From an uncultured Thermoleophilia bacterium (GTDB lineage Bacteria; Actinomycetota; Thermoleophilia; UBA2241): a stretch of DNA of 64,000 bases. Shown here piece after piece: positions 62,677 through 64,000 of this stretch. Below the pieces are notes generated by a model that saw nothing but the letters and a program-made list of their open reading frames with translations, had not been told where the DNA came from and did no database searches. The stretch spans positions 181,028 through 245,027 of the forward strand of contig CAVPIV010000004.1 in assembly GCA_963705085.1 (NCBI GenBank), read 5' to 3'. Position numbers and translations under genes: made by a program. How positions within the stretch are numbered: position 1 is the first letter of the stretch; every line of letters starts with the position of its first letter.

Positions 62677-62868
62677 TCAGGCCGCCGAGGATGGGTGAAC
62701 GCGGGAGGCGAACTCAACCGTGACGACAACGCCGTTGCTGTAGAGCAGCTGGATCATGGTGCCGTCGGGGTTCTCGTAGGTGTACACCTCGTCCGGGTCG
62801 TCTCGGCCGGACTCCTCGGCCATCTCGAACTTCGCCCTGTAGAGTCTCTTCGCCTGTTCGGGGGTCAT
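62677..62868 (-). CDS. Hypothetical 63-aa protein
   Basis: GGAGAGGAG RBS, MTPEQAKRLYRAKFEMAEES... Confidence 0.5.
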   Translation of the reverse strand: MTPEQAKRLYRAKFEMAEESGRDDPDEVYTYENPDGTMIQLLYSNGVVVTVEFASRVHPSSAA

Positions 62869-63317
62869 GGCGTCTCGCTCCTCTCCGCACGTCGCTCTCG
62901 ACGCCGATGCGGCGGCGATGCCGTCTACACCGGCGCGCGTGGTCGCGTCGTCACCATCGGCAGGGAGTGGCTGTCTTGAGAGGGAGAACATTTGTCCATG
63001 CCGCGCGGCCGGGTGGATCGCGGACGCGCCCCTCGCTCGTGGATCACTCGCGCCGGTGCGGCGCTGCCGTCAGGAGGGTCGGCCAATGCGAGGGAGCTCA
63101 AGGCGAAGCACCGGGGGTGTGGGCGAGGCGAGGGGTATCGCGAGGACGAGAAACCACAGGCCCGGTGCCAGCGGACCTTGAGCGATAAGCGGCGTGTGCG
63201 CGATCAAGCGGCGTGTGCGGCGACGGCGGCCATGAGGCGCAGGCGGCCGCCGCGTAAGGCGGGCCTTTGGCTTCGGCCTGCGGCAGAAAGGCCGGCGAGC
63301 GGCCGCTGCGGGCCCCG

Positions 63318-63566
63318 TCAGGCCTGCGTGCCGCCGGCGTGGCGGCTCTGCACGGTCTGCTGCTGCCGCTCCATCCTGCGTCCCATGGGCCGCCAGATGG
63401 CCATCCAGAAGACCGCCCAGGTGACGATCACGGCGACGGCGCGCTCAAGGAGCTCCGGCCAGGAAAGGTCGAAAGTCGCGAGCAGGTAGCGCTGGGCGAT
63501 CGAGACGACCAGCAGAATGACCACGAACGCCACGGCGTAGCCGGCTATCCTCAGGATCTTCACCAT
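63318..63566 (-). CDS. Small two-TM membrane protein
   Basis: TGGAGG RBS; two hydrophobic helices. Confidence 0.6.
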   Translation of the reverse strand: MVKILRIAGYAVAFVVILLVVSIAQRYLLATFDLSWPELLERAVAVIVTWAVFWMAIWRPMGRRMERQQQTVQSRHAGGTQA

Positions 63567-63982
63567 GCCTCCACTCGCTCGGCCGTTCTCGGGGCGCCAA
63601 CCTTCTCACAGCCGGCGCGTCTGCTCAAAAGATCTGCGGTGTGCGGCAACGTGCGGCGGTGAGCGGCGGTGGGCGGCGGCCGGGCGGCACGCGACGGCCG
63701 CCAGACGATGCGCGTCGGCGGGTCGGGTTTCAGGCGCCGCGGCCTGGACCTCGGGCGGCGGTCAGCCGGCGCTGCGCCGCACACGGCGGCGCGCTTGGCT
63801 CACCGCCGGATTGGCGCGTCTTTCGGAAGGGCGCCGACGTCCACGCGGCGGCCCGTCGCCGCCGTCCTTTGACAGGCGGCGCGCGAGCCGAGGAGACTAG
63901 GCGGCCGACAGGCTGACGACCCGGACGCTCGCGCGGGACCGGTCTGCCGGAGCCAGCGCGACGATGGATGAGGGGGAGGACA

Positions 63983-64000
63983 ATGGCGGAGGAGTTGCCC
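63983..64000 (+). CDS. Start of a gene running off the window
   Basis: GGGGGAGGA RBS then ATG GCG GAG GAG TTG CCC. Confidence 0.4.

Noticed and set aside
61824-64000. tRNA-anchored genomic island
   Set aside because: No integrase and no duplicated tRNA 3' end within the window.

Overview
High-GC (~70%) bacterial chromosome segment, most likely an anaerobic or facultative actinomycete (Thermoleophilia-like; inferred from gene content and the GAAC-N4-GTTC LexA boxes). It has two halves. (1) About 0.5-38.3 kb is a decaying accessory mosaic. It holds intact and broken toxin-antitoxin loci (AbiEi/nucleotidyltransferase, HigBA, VapBC, and HigBA, PIN and HEPN remnants), four TetR regulators with readable operators, four DUF4386 membrane genes, two inverted copies of a MalT-like STAND regulator / ~75-aa protein / DUF4386 module, a 1869-aa surface protein, an AT-rich PsiE-family gene, and many 70-220 nt diverged gene slivers. 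(2) About 38.4-64 kb is intact core-like DNA. It holds three secreted proteases sharing one C-terminal domain, an Lhr helicase, an orr-arcE-arcB operon, a protein O-mannosyltransferase, hutH-hutI, a lexA/Zn-ribbon/LysM operon and tRNA-Pro/Gly/Arg. Best candidates for new biology: an ATP-conserving arginine synthetase (ArcE) route feeding B12-dependent ornithine fermentation, whose oraE-oraF-orr genes keep clostridial order but are spread over 52 kb; the duplicated STAND/small protein/DUF4386 module; and a shared basic C-terminal domain on unrelated secreted proteases. Family assignments come from motif recognition and memory, not database searches, and identities are manual counts.
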